Below, piece by piece: positions 11,415 through 24,510 of a stretch of 64,000 nt of DNA. The position numbers and the translations under genes are program-made. Source of the stretch: Octopus vulgaris (lineage: Eukaryota); NCBI GenBank assembly GCA_951406725.2, contig OX597828.1, positions 38,812,001 to 38,876,000 on the forward strand. The letters are read 5' to 3'. The notes beneath the pieces are model-generated. The model had not been told where the DNA came from, ran no database searches, and worked only from the letters and a program-made list of their open reading frames with translations. How positions within the stretch are numbered: position 1 is the stretch's first letter; each line of letters begins with the position of its first letter.

Positions 11415-11787
11415 TGATTTCTTTCAGTCATTTGACTGCATCTATGCTAGAGCACCGCCTTTAGTCAAACAAATCAGCCCCAGGGCTTATTCTTTGTAAA
11501 CCTAGTACTTATTCTATCAGTCTCTTTTCCCAAACTACTAAGTTACAGGGACATAAACGCATTAAAATGGGTTGTCAAGCAATGATTAGTGGAACAAACA
11601 CAGACACACAAACACATATATATGTGACAGGCTTCATTCAGTTTCCGTCTACCAAATCCACTCACAAGGCTTTGGTTGGCCTGAGGCTATAACAGAAGAC
11701 ACTTGCCCAAGGTGCCATGCAGTGGGACTGAACCCAGAACCATGTGGTTGGTAAGCATGCTACTTACCACACAGCCATTCCTGTGCC
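11415..11787 (-). mobile_element. Family A CORE-type SINE
   Basis: Reverse complement of the family A consensus. Confidence 0.85.
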
Positions 11788-12099
11788 ATGAGGTTTCTGT
11801 CTACCAAATTCCTCTCACAACATGTCAATGAACCTAAAGCTACAGCTGAAGACACTTTCTCAAGGTACCATACGGTGGGATTGAACCTAGAAGCACTTGG
11901 CTGAAAAATTCTTAAACCACTTGATTAAGACTGTAGCACCTATATACGTGTATCCTTTTTGTCACTTGAGGGATTGCACATGCTGAGAAAAACTAAGTAA
12001 ATATATGGATATACTCTTCCACAAGTGTTGAGGACTTTTTCTCCTGTTTGTTTATCCATATATATATACACATATATACACACAGACAGTTACAAAAAG

Positions 12100-12345
12100 T
12101 GAGCAAGAGAGAGATAGAGAGAGTACAAATGAGAGAGAGAGTACAAATGAGAGAGAGAGCACATGAGCAAGAGCACAAGTGTGAGAGAGGGGGAGTGAAA
12201 GCACACATGAGAGTGAGGGGAGAGAGAGAGAGTACAAGAGTGAGAGCAAAAGAGAGCACAAGTGAGAGGGGGAGAGAGCACATGGGTAAGAGCACAAGTG
12301 AGAGAGAGGTGGGGGGGGAGAGCACAAGAGAAAGCAAGAGGGAAA
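12100..12345. repeat. Purine-rich minisatellite (gagagagcacaagtga-type units)
   Basis: About 10 degenerate units of agagagagyacaa(a/g)tg. They explain the R/E-rich and L/S-rich ORFs. Confidence 0.75.
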
Positions 12346-12846
12346 AGGAAGCTAATTTATAGGTTAGCTGCTTGGGAATGATGATAACGAATTTGTTCTG
12401 CAAAATAATTACAAATTAATCATATACCTCAAGGTATTTCAAGTCCAGATATTTATTCCACTTTAGATGTAAACAAAATCTCTTTGAGATGCTAATAATT
12501 AGGAAGCTTAACGAAGCAGATTGGCCTTTCAGAATTTCTTTAGGTAATACAAACACTGCAGATGCACACAAAACACACCCACACACTGCCTTGGTGTTCT
12601 AATAGCTTCCTTTTAAATTTTATCTTTTACTGGTTTCAGTCATTAGACTGCGGCCATGCTGGGGCACCACTTTGAAGAATTTTAGTCGGATTTTGTCAAT
12701 CTTAGTACTTAACACTTTTTTAATCCTGGTATTTATTCTATCGGTTTCTTTTGCCAAACTGGTAAGTTATGGGGACATCGACACACCAACACCGGTTGTA
12801 AAGTGGTGGCAAAGGACAAACACATGCACACACACACATATATGTA

Positions 12847-12936
<90 letters not shown>

Positions 12937-13487
12937 CAAAAAAAACACCTTTTATCAATTCAAAATGAACAATTAAATTACACCATCTAGAAAATTACAT
13001 ATAATAGAAAAATTAAGTAGTAATTAATTACTGTTTCTACTTCGCGGATTTTCACCTATCACAGGGGGTTTGGAACATAACAGCTGTGATAGTCAAGGGA
13101 TTACTGTACATAATAAAGATAACAATGGTGATAATGCTGGAAATGATTTCTTTTAATCCTTTAGCATTTAGATTATGCTATCAAATGTAATGCTTATTTA
13201 TTCACATCGTTATGAATTTATTCTGCGTAATCTTGTAGCCTTGAGATTTCTATTATGTGACTGCATATTATTTAGACTAACATTGTAGGGTAGGTGTGAG
13301 AGGCTGGATTTGGCCAGTCTGAACATAAACCAGATAGAATATTTTGGTCGGATATGGCTGGTTTAAATGCTAATGGGTTAAACATGGTAAATTCTAAGCA
13401 CATGTGAATGTATGTATGTGTGAATGTGAATGAAGATCTAACAGGGTAACTGAGTGTTGGTGTCCATGCATGTGAAACTGTGGAAAA

Positions 13488-13520
<33 letters not shown>

Positions 13521-14432
13521 CATGTGTGTGTGTGTGTGTTTGTGTGCATGTGTGTGTGTGTCTATGAGCGCATGTGTGTGTTATATTAAATTCCTGTATG
13601 AATGTGAATGTGTGTTTGTATGTGAGGATACGTATGTGTATATACTCAGGCATAGTCAATGCCAGTACCGCCTGACTGGCCCTCATGCCAGTAGCATGTA
13701 AAAAGCACAAACTACACTCTTGGAGTGGTTGGCATTAGGAAGGGCGTCCAGCTGTGGAAAAACCATGCCAGATCAGATTGGAACCTGGTACAGCCTTCTG
13801 GCTTACCAGTCTCCAGTCAAACCTTCCAACCCATGCCAGCATGAAAAGTGGGCATTAAACGAGGATGATGATGATGATATATATATATCAGTGAGTGCCA
13901 TCAACTGTTGAGTGTGAGAAGAGTCTCTCACTCAACAACCATACTAATCTAGCCTTCATGCTTAAACTATCAACATAGGAGAGAGAGTGGGGTCGATGGT
14001 AGAGCAATTGCTGTTAGCTTAATATTGTTGATAAAAGTGAAGTGTGAAAATTAGGGAATCACTTCAGTCAAATGTTATCACATTTGCACCTCCCCTCTCA
14101 CGAACCACAACACACACACACAACTTTTCCCAGCCAACATCACAGCACTTACTTCTTCTTCTTCACCTTAGCAGCCCCCACACCCATCCTCTTTCAGATA
14201 CAGAACTCCCACCACCACCACCTCCTGTCCAACCTCAATTATCTGTCTTATCTATTCTTAGCAGCTCCTCACTGTTAATCCTTGTTACTGAAACTAGTTC
14301 TTCAAGGTACATTTGATAGTTCCAAGGTTTCACTTCTTACTCTATAATCAAACCCAGCATCAGCTGTTGTTTATCTACACACTGCTAAATGACATCCATT
14401 CACACCCACCCACCCACCTCTCTCTCTCTATA

Positions 14433-14499
<67 letters not shown>

Positions 14500-14699
14500 G
14501 GGGGTCAGGATTGGGTATATGGTTAAGAAGTTTGCTTTACAACATGGTTTCAAGTTCAGTTCCAATGCAAAGCACATTGGGTAAGCGTTTACTTTTTTAG
14601 CGGCAGGACAGCCAAAACTGTCAGATCTGGTAGACAAACAGATATAGCAATCTATCTATCTGTTTATCAATCTATCTATCTATCTACCTCTCTCATGAT

Positions 14700-14880
14700 T
14701 GATTATTAAATCCACAAGTTTCTTTTTATTCTCTCTCTCTGTTTATTTCTTCGTGTTCCTTTCTGTTGAAGAGCGTAGGCTCGAAACATAAAAGACTTTT
14801 TCACCTTCCTGAGCATCAAATTAATACACTTGCTTGCTGTTTATACACCTGTCTTCCTCTTTCGTTTTTCAGTAAATATA
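14700..14880 (+). mobile_element. Short hammerhead-bearing element (CUGUYGA family) next to (TA)n
   Basis: HHR at 14759-14794: cttt-CTGTTGA-a-gagc-gtag-gctc-GAAA-ca-ta-aaag. A second copy is at ~15135-15320. Confidence 0.75.
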
Positions 14881-14899
14881 TATATATACTGCCATATTT

Positions 14900-15086
14900 T
14901 ATATATAAAAAATACAAAAATGGGACAAGAACGTAAAACATCCAGACAGACAATACAAAGAAAACAAGGATGGGTCATTTGGAGTTTTCTATCCTCAGTC
15001 GAGTTCCAAATTATCTTTGCAATTTCGGTTGGTTATACTAGAGATTGCTCCAATCTGGCCAGCTTTCTTGTCCCATTTTTGTATTT

Positions 15087-15090
<4 letters not shown>
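14900..15090 (-). mobile_element. Family F element with an inverted copy of its own 3' end
   Basis: aaaatacaaaaatgggacaagaa (~14908-14930) is the reverse complement of ttcttgtcccatttttgtatttt (~15065-15087). Confidence 0.7.
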
Positions 15091-15129
<39 letters not shown>

Positions 15130-17019
15130 CGCCATGCTTGACTGCTAAATCCACAAGTATTTTCATTCTCTCTCTCTTTATTTTCTCTTATTCCTTTCTG
15201 TTGAAGAGCATAGGCTCAAAATATAAAAGACTTTCTCACTTTCCTGAGCATCAAACTAATACACCTGCTTGTTGTTTACGCTCTTGTCTCCGCCTTTTGT
15301 TTTTCTGCAAATTTCAACTATATATATATATCATCATAATCATCATCATCGTTTAGCGTCCGTTTTCCATGCTAGCATGGGTTGGACGGTTCAACTGGGG
15401 TCTGTGAAGCCGGAAAGCTTCATCAGGCCTAGTCAGATCTGGCAGTGTTTCTACGGCTGGATGCTCTTCCTAACGCCAAATATATATATATTTGAAAAGA
15501 TTAATAGAAATGGCTTTTCTCATAATTTTTCCACTTCAGTAAGTAGATGATTGTAAGTTTATAAGGTGACTCAGGAAGTAGTTTCTCTCTTAAAAGCAGT
15601 TTTCAAAGGATATAGTTTGTAATTCACTGTTTAGATAGGGAGTGTTTAGTTACAAACATACACACATGCATACACTAACATACACCCATACACACAGATA
15701 TACATATACCCATAGATAAACATATAGAGAGATGTGCACAAACAAATATATACACACAACCACATATACACAACCTTACACATACATACACACAGAGAAA
15801 CACAAACATACATATACATCTATTCACTCACTTTATATTCATACACATATACATATACAAACAAAAGAAAAAAAAGAAAAAAAGGAGAGAAATAGGATTA
15901 AGTACATCAAGAATAAAGAAATGGAATTTTTTGGTGTGGTCATTTTGGTATGAAATGGTTCTATGAAGCCCTGTAAATGACAAAAGTACTTTCTTGCAAG
16001 TCTACTTACCAATATGGTCACAAACATCCACATTTAGTTCTTACACATAGTATATATACATATACACACACAAATACTCACACACATACACACACACACA
16101 TTTAATTTAGAGTAAAATTTGATGGCCATGAACTTGGTAACCAAGTTGTGAGGGACAGTATCATGATTTAACTTTCATCCTTTAAATCTTAAGGTCTTGC
16201 AGATTTTTATAGTCTCCAATATCATTATCATTTGTAGCCTATGAACTAAGGACTTGCATTCTCCAAGATTCCAAGTCCAGCCATACTTTGCTCCAGACGG
16301 GTTGGTATGTATCCTGTTGGCCCAATAGTAAATGTGTGTATGTATAAAGCTTAGTCAGAGGAGGGAAAGCAAAAACTACAGCTCATTAGTTATCCTCATA
16401 CCATTTCACTCCACATTCACCATCAATATATTTAGAAACTTTTAACCCCCTATGGCCAGTCAAGCAGATAATCCAAGCTGGTGGTGTTGTGGGGGTGGGG
16501 TCTGTTTAATAAAAAAAAAAGGAAATATTATGGCTAAAATGAATTTCAATAATCATGGTGGGCAAAGGTTACATATAAAAAGTATATGTTAAGGTACAGT
16601 TTAAAAAGGTCAAACAACCTATATACCAACATTCTAATATTTATATGTCTTCTGAATATTACTTCCTTTGATATATTGGTTTAGGTCAAAAGATAACTTC
16701 CACAACTGCTACAACATGGAGAAATGTTAAAAATGCTCTTTAGCAAATTTTTTCTGGTCAGTTGGCCTGAAGCCAGAGTAAATGACACTTGCCCATTGGC
16801 AAGCAGTGGGACTGAACCTAAAACCATATGGTTGGAAAACAAACCTTTTAACTACACAGCCTTGCATGTACCTTTACACAAATACAACTGCACCTTTTTT
16901 TACTTATATATTCATATATTCATTTCAAAAGTTAACACCCTACTCTGGGACAAAATACCTATCAACAACAATAGCAAATATATCTAGCAACTCTAGACAC
17001 CTAGTGCCAAGCTCTAATT

Positions 17020-17385
17020 GAGGAGGGGACCTGTGGAAAGGGTAGATCCAGGAAGACATGGGACAAAGTAGTAAGAAAGGATCTTCAGACACTGGGCCTC
17101 ACTGAGGAAATGACAAGGGACCTGGAGTTGTGATGATTTGCTGTACTTGTGGAGACATGCCAAGTAAAAGCTAAGCAAAATTGCTGTCATCCATACACAC
17201 AGGCTTGTCAATTACAGGTGCTGGTGCCACATAAATGGCACTTGTGCTACTACTGCATGAACACAATTGGCATGCCAGTGGCACATAAAAAGCACCCAGC
17301 ATGCTCGGTGAAGTGGATGACATTAGGAAGGGCATCAAGCCATAGAAAGCAAGTCACAGCAATTGGAGTCTGGACAGCTATTTTC
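17020..17385 (+). mobile_element. RTE-clade LINE C-terminal relic running into the family B 3' UTR
   Basis: Translates EGTCGKGRSRKTWDKVVRKDLQTLGLTEEMTRDLEL**FAVLVETCQ, matching the RTE ORF end motif RGRPRKTW...DL..LGL. It is followed directly by the family B tail. Confidence 0.8.
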
Positions 17386-17391
17386 TTCTGG

Positions 17392-17990
17392 TGGACCCCT
17401 GTAGTCATTCGGTGTTTAAAAACTAATTTTATAGGTACTTGCAAAATTCCTATTTTGTTTTTCACTTATTCACTTGTGTCGGTTTTCAAAAGCTCTCTCT
17501 GAGAGAACATGTTTCACTGGCCAGAAACATGTTAAACTATGTAAAACACCAGAATAAGAAACCTAGCTGTTTTATGCAATACATATATCTAAAGCAAAAT
17601 TTTTTCTGTTTTTGGATTTGGTTTGCAAGATTCTTTATGTGAGTTTATGTGTTGAAGCATATTCTGTTGTGTCTAGGGAGAGTCATTTTCTTTGTGTGCC
17701 TTTGCGTCTTGCAACCTTTTCAATAGTCAAGACTATTGAAAAGGTTGCAAGACACAATGAAAATTTTAGGAAAATAAAATAAAAAATAAGTGGAAATTTT
17801 ACCGGTAAGTGTAGTGTATTGAATTATAAGGCACACAAAGAAAATGACTCTCCCCAGACACAACAAAATTTTTTCCATGGACCCTTTAAATAATACTGTG
17901 GATCTACAATTTAACACTTTGCTTGCATGAACCCCCAAAAATTTTATGTGGACCTCCAGGAATCATATAGGCCCTAGTTTAGAATGACTG
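17392..17990. mobile_element. Probable hAT-type MITE relic with nested inverted repeats
   Basis: 17660-17702 is inverted relative to 17828-17870, around an inner near-perfect hairpin at 17702-17757. The end resembles gtttagaatgactg. Confidence 0.5.
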
Positions 17991-18021
17991 ATCTATCCGA
18001 TATTGCCACAGGCGGTGGATT

Positions 18022-18215
18022 TAAAGAATGTGGACCATACCACCTTTTGGGTTTTTTTACAGAATCCCCCCATTTTCGAGTACAGAGATTCTGATTCTGC
18101 AAATAAACAAAAAAAAAAAAAAAAACTGCATTTAAAAATTTTAAAACTCAAAAATGGGGGATTCTGTAAAAGAAAGAAAAAAACAAACAAAAGGGGGTGC
18201 AGTCCACATTCTTTA
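18022..18215. mobile_element. TA-flanked MITE with ~60-bp terminal inverted repeats
   Basis: ta-aagaatgtggac...ttacagaatcccccattttcgagt is inverted relative to actcaaaaatgggggattctgtaa...gtccacattctt-ta. Confidence 0.75.
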
Positions 18216-21200
18216 TGTCTGCTCAGCAGGCCAAGCTACAGCATTGACATTGGACTGGAAAGAATAAAGAAATATGAAGACTCACTTAATTTCTATGATT
18301 TCAGAATCTGGTACAAAAAGGACGACAGATAAATTATGCTATATATTATCATCCTCACTGTTTTAATGTCTATTGTTTTACATGCTAGCATGGGTTACAT
18401 GAAACACATTCAAGCAGATTTTTCTGGGTCTAGATGCCTTTCCTGTCACCAAGCTTCACCTGTATCAAGGCTAAGTAATATTCCCCCGCCTTATTCCAGA
18501 AGAATGGAAATAAAGAAAATCAGTTGCATGATGGTGACACAACTATCATGCTACATCAAAACAAAGAGACATACACACTTACATGCATGATAAGGATGAT
18601 GATGATGATGATTGGTGATGAACGATGATGATGATCATCATGGATAAACAGTTGTGATGGTGATGAAGAATGATGTTGACAATGATGATGTTGAATGGTG
18701 GTGATGATGATGCTGATAATGAAGAACAGTGGTAAAGGTGGTTATGATGATGAGATGGATAATGATGTACGATGTGATTACAAGGAATTTGGCTGCTATT
18801 TCTAGATAGTCCAAAGGCTTCCAGCTCTCAAACATTTCCTATCACCACCACCACCGGCAACAACAACAATAACAGCAGCAAAAGAACGATTTCTGCATCA
18901 GAGTTGATTGTCCAGACAAGTGGAGAAACTTTTTCAACGCCAACAAAAAAAAAATAACAAACAAAAAAAAAACAATAACAACGATAGCAAAAATAACAAC
19001 AAACAACGAAAACCACTCAGTGTCTGTTAATAGGGAATTGTAAATTAAAACAAAAAAGAAAACAACAAAATCCTTCAAGAAATAAAAACAATAATTCCAA
19101 ATAAAACCAAGAGAGACTAAGTCAACAGTGGGAAGTGTAGCAGCGGCTTGATTAGTGTCTTTGGCATCGGATAGATATATGTGTGGTGTGGAGCGGAGGG
19201 CTGTGATGTGGTGTGGCGCAGCGTGGGTTTAAAAGACAGCTGATTTGTTGACACAACAAAGAAATGAGTCTTGCTTCTGGAGGTCACTGATCTTTCAGTT
19301 TCCTTCTTCTGGCATATCATGTCCGAACGACTGATTGCCTCATCTGCCTCTCTGTTTGTGTTTATATACAAACACACACACACACATGCACACACACATA
19401 CACACACACACATGCACACACACACACACACAAAATAATTGGATTTATAAGTGACACAGATTTACTACTTGTAAAGGTGTGTGTGTGTGTGTGTGAGTGA
19501 AATTATCATTTTTAATGTTCACTCTTAATATTCTACACATGCATGGATCATGTGTGCATATATATATATATATAGATTAAACTTACTTGGAAGAGGATGT
19601 GTGCCATTCAATCATATAATAATATAAATATATATGTACATGTACAAACATGTATATACACATAATATATATATATACACACACACACCTACACACACAT
19701 ATATACACACACAATCATGCACACACAAACACATACATACATATATGCACACATGCATATCTATTTATGCATGCACTCACACACACATAACCCTTCCATT
19801 GTATGCACACACAACCTCACATGTTTACAGATGTTATTTGGCCTGAGACCAGCTCTGATCAAGCAAACCCATGATCAAAGGCATTCCAAATACGACCCTC
19901 CTAACTTTTTAAGATTATCTAATATATTATTTCAGTGCTTAATTTCTTTATTTAAAACATCAGGGTGTGATTTGAGGAAGATTTTTGTTGCTATTTTCAA
20001 CAGGTCACATATTATATACATCATCTGACACAAGACCACCTCCTCCAATGTCCCCTCCCCTCTCAAAGGATCTTTGTCTTGCAAGTTACTTGGTGAACCT
20101 GCCATTGCTGATGCTGTGTGTAAAACATCCAGTCCACACTGTGAAGTGGTTGGCATTTGGAAGGGCATCCAGCTGTAAAAACCATGCCAAAACTGACCTC
20201 ACCTGTGCTTGTGCTATGTAAAAAGCATTCAGTCCACTCTGCTAGGTGGTCGGTGTTAGGAAGGGCATCCAGCTGTAAAAACCCTGCCAAAACAGACATA
20301 GAAGTCTGGTGCAGTCTTCAGCCTAGCCAACTTCTGTGAAACCATCCAACCCATGCCAGCATGGAAGGTGAACATTAAACAATGATGATGTTTGTGCAAT
20401 TCAGACACACACACACATACATACACACATGCACACAAATTTACAGCTGTACATTATATGTGCGTGTGCAACAACAAGCACATCTACCCATGCACATACA
20501 CACACATACATACTTTCACACTTACACTTTCACATTATCTCTACATGGAACACACACACATGTACACCCACATATGCCTTCACATTTACAAATGCACTTT
20601 ATTTCCATGCGCAACACACACATACACCTACACAGATTCTCACATGTTTAGAACTGTAAATGTCAGTTCTAGCAAGTATCCAACACCGCTCTTCCCCACG
20701 CCCCATCTCCTGCCCAAGACATTAACTAACCTGTCATAAGATAAGCTAGATTATAGACTTGTCCTCTCACTAATTCGTACCTACTTCTTACTAATAAGAC
20801 AAATTGCTCGAAGACGTTTAAGAAAATTTGTTGGTACAGCCATCCTGCTAGCTTGTCACATACAATTTCAAAGTAGATTTCTTAAAACTATTTCTATCGG
20901 CACTATAGCTCTGTGGTTAAGAAGCTAGCTTTTCAACCATGTGGTTTCTGGTTCAGTTCCACTGCATGAGATCTTGGGTAAGTGTCTTCTTCTATAGCCC
21001 TGAGTTAATCAAAGCCTTGTGAGTGGATCTGGATCAATGAATCTAAACAAGAATTGTGGCTCTTGTATATATATTCTTTTATTCTTTTACTCGTTTCAGT
21101 CATTTGACTGCAGCCAGGCTGGAGCACTGCCTTTAGTCGAGGACTTATTCTCTGTAAGATTAGTACTTATTTTATCGGTCTCTTTTGCTGAACCGCTAAG

Positions 21201-21279
21201 GTACGGAGACGTAAACACATCAGCATTGGTTGTCAAGCGATTTGGGGGGACAAACACAGACACACAAACATATACACAC

Positions 21280-21310
<31 letters not shown>

Positions 21311-21734
21311 TATATTATAATAAGAGATACATATGACGGGTTTCTTTCAGTTTCTGTCTACCTCCACCAGCACAGGTGTGTTTACACAGCACCAGCACGA
21401 GTGCATTTTATGTGGCATCAGCACCTGTAAAGGCCAACCCTGTATGTAGAGATGACAGCAATTTTACTAAGCTTGGCACATCTTCTCAAGTACAGCAAAT
21501 CCCCACAACTCCTGGCCCCTACTCATTTTCTCATATTTATTCCAAATGTTGACAGCTGTTTCATAATCTGTAACTAAATACAGATTAGAAACAGCTGTCA
21601 ATATATATAAAAAATATTTTATCTCTCACTTCTCCAACATGTGATCAATTATATATATATATATATATAAATGTTCTAAAATCTACTCAGCCTTGGTTTT
21701 TTTATCTCATTACGAAAAAAACTTTTCTATTCAT

Positions 21735-22170
21735 CTTCCCACACACCCTCAGACTCAATGCGGAGGCCTACATCAAGTGCCTGGAGGAGGTTGTGCTGCC
21801 CTGAGTCAAGAAGGTGGCTGCTGGAAGTCCCTGAGTCTGGCAACAAGACTGCACCATGCCACATAAGCAGGAGAACCCAGTCATGGCTGTCAGACAATTT
21901 CTGTCACCACTTCACCCCTAACATCTGGCCACTTAACTCCCCAAACTGCAACCCCCTTGATTATTATGTGTGGGGTGCATTTGAGCGAGAGACCAATAAA
22001 ACTCTTTGTAACACTAAAGAACTAAAGGCAAGGATTATGGCAACATTCACCAACTTAAACAAGGAGACCGTCCAGAAGAGTTGCAGCATTTTGGTAAATA
22101 TATCTGTTAAAACGAGATGTCAGTGTTATTTTCCTTTTTGCATAATCTAGACAACAGTTTATTCCTCACA
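21735..22170 (+). pseudogene. Tc1/mariner DD37D (maT-type) transposase relic
   Basis: NAEAYIKCLEEVVLP*VKKVAAGSP*VWQQD then frameshift to APCHISRRTQSWLSDNFCHHFTPNIWPLNSPNCNPLDYYVWG. About 37 residues lie between QQD and NPLD; stops and a frameshift are present. Confidence 0.85.
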
Positions 22171-22617
22171 CACACACACACAAATTCATGTTACGGTTGC
22201 ACCAATTAATCAGCAAATAAAATAGTAATCAGCCATATCCACTATTAATTGGTATTGGCTTTTTAGCTCTAATTAGTTTTGATAATTAGCCATTCTTATT
22301 TGTAATTATTACTGATAGGCAAGCATGCTGGAGCAAGAAAACCATGGATGACAGAAAACATACTGGATTCACTATGTACAGATACACAATAAACATATAT
22401 TGGTTTCAAGTTTTAGCACAAGGTCAGCAATGTTGGAGGAGGGGGTAAGTTGATCACATTGACCCAAGTGCTCAATTGGTACAATTTTGTCGACCCTGAA
22501 AGGCAAAATCGACCTCAGTGGAATTTGAACTCAGAAGCATTTTGCTCAGCATGCTATCAATTCTACCAGCCTGTTGCCTTACAATAAACATATATTGTTT
22601 CCTAGGAAACAATCTCA

Positions 22618-22788
22618 GTGCAGGAGTGGCTGTGTGGTAAGTAGCTTGCTAACCAACCACATGGTTCCGGGTTCAGTCCCACTGCGTGGCATCTTGGGCA
22701 AGTGTCTTTCTGCTATAGCCCCGGGCTGACCAATGCCTTGTGAGTGGATTTGGTAGACGGAAACTGAAAGAAGCCTGTCGTATATATG

Positions 22789-22821
<33 letters not shown>

Positions 22822-23040
22822 TTGTGTGTCTGTGTTTGTCCCCTTAGCATTGCTGGACAACCGATGCTGGTGTGTTTACATCCCCGTCACTTAGCGGTTC
22901 GGCAAAAGAGACCGATTGAATAAGTACTGGGCTTACAAAGAATAAGTCCCGGGGGTCGATTTGCTCGACTAAAGGCGGTGCTCCAGCATGGCCGCAGTCA
23001 AATGACTGAAACAAGTAAAAAGAGTAAAAAGAGTAAAGAG
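22618..23040 (+). mobile_element. Family A CORE-type SINE (young copy)
   Basis: Full-length match with CpGs retained. Confidence 0.9.
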
Positions 23041-23188
23041 AGCCTACCACTGCAGTCTAATCGAGTCCTTGAGCATGTTGACCTGTGCTGAAACTTGAGA
23101 TTACTAGAGACTGTCCCAGGGATAAAGTCACATAAGTAAAAGGGTGTCAAAGTAGAAGAGACACTCTCCAATCCTCTTGAGAGAATAT

Positions 23189-23409
23189 TCTTTTACTCTT
23201 TTACTCGTTTCAGTCATTTGACTGCAGCCATGCTGGAGCACTGCCTTTAATCGAGCAACTCGACCCCGGGACTTATTCTTTTGTAAGCCCAGTACTTATT
23301 CTATCGGTCTCTTTTGCTGAACCGCTAAGTTACGGGAACATAAACACACCAGCATCGGTTGTCAAGCAATGCTAGGGGGACAAACACAGACACACAAACA
23401 CACACATGC

Positions 23410-23440
<31 letters not shown>

Positions 23441-23609
23441 TATATACGATGGGCTTCTTTCAGTTTCCGTCTACCAAATCCACTCACAAGGCTTTGGTCG
23501 GCCTGAGGCTATAGTAGAAGACACTTGCCCAAGGTGCCACGCAGTGGGACTGAACCCGGAACCATGTGGTTGGTAAACAAGCTACTTACCACACAGCCAC
23601 TCCTTCGCC
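23189..23609 (-). mobile_element. Family A CORE-type SINE (young copy, tail-to-tail with the previous one)
   Basis: Full-length reverse-complement match. Confidence 0.9.
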
Positions 23610-24082
23610 TGTTGTTTAACTTTTTTTTTATACCAACCCACCTGAGACCATTCCTGGTTTTATAATACAAATTTCCTGGATTAAAGTGAGTTAAATTAAT
23701 ATTTTCCATTAAAATTCCATGTTGATTTCTGTTCTAAACATGAGCTTAATAATGACAAAGGTATTTCAGTAAATGCTTCATTATTTAAAAAATCTATTGA
23801 AAGAAAAACAATGTACTTCAACAGAAATATGGTAAAAAAAAAAAAAGGGTTAATTGTTCTTTTAAAAAGGAATTAATATAAAAGTTTCTATTTTTTATTT
23901 GTTTTACAAGAATTGTGATGTGAAACCATATGGTGAAACCAATATTGTTACATTTGGGAAGAGTCACAACTGATAAAGCTTATAAACCCACTTGCCCGTT
24001 GTTTGCTTGTCTATATTTCGCTTCTCTTTCTTTTTCAAAACAGTTGATGCTTGTAAGTCCCTAAAAATATTTTTCACTAGAC

Positions 24083-24137
24083 CTGGTGTCTTGGGGAAAT
24101 TTCAAACCTGGGTTCTCATTCCTAAGGTATTTTTCGA

Positions 24138-24183
<46 letters not shown>

Positions 24184-24510
24184 ATCACTGCCTGAAATCA
24201 AACTTGGTATCTTGGGGTTAGTAGCCTGTGCTCTTAACTACTACGCCATATACCCATGGTTGTAGTGGCTAAGAGTGCAGGCTACTAACCCCAAGATTCC
24301 AAGTTCGATTCCAGGTAATAATAATAATAACAACAACATCGAAAAATACCTTATGAACAAGAACCCAGGTTCAAAATTTCCACAAGACACCAGATGAAGG
24401 CTGGAGGGTATATGAGCCGAAACATTGTGTTAACAACAAACAAGATGAGGACAAATATCCACCAAATGTAAATAGTGTACATAATTCCTCATCTCTTAAA
24501 TATAGAACTG
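24083..24510. mobile_element. Head-to-head inverted dimer of the tRNA-headed hammerhead element
   Basis: Minus arm 24083-24254 and plus arm ~24256-24510. HHR at 24386-24431: gacac-CAGATGA-a-ggctg...gagcc-GAAA-catt-gtgtt. Confidence 0.85.

Noticed and set aside
11993-12403. 136-aa hydrophobic and 104-aa R/E-rich ORFs
   Set aside because: Translations of a purine-rich minisatellite.
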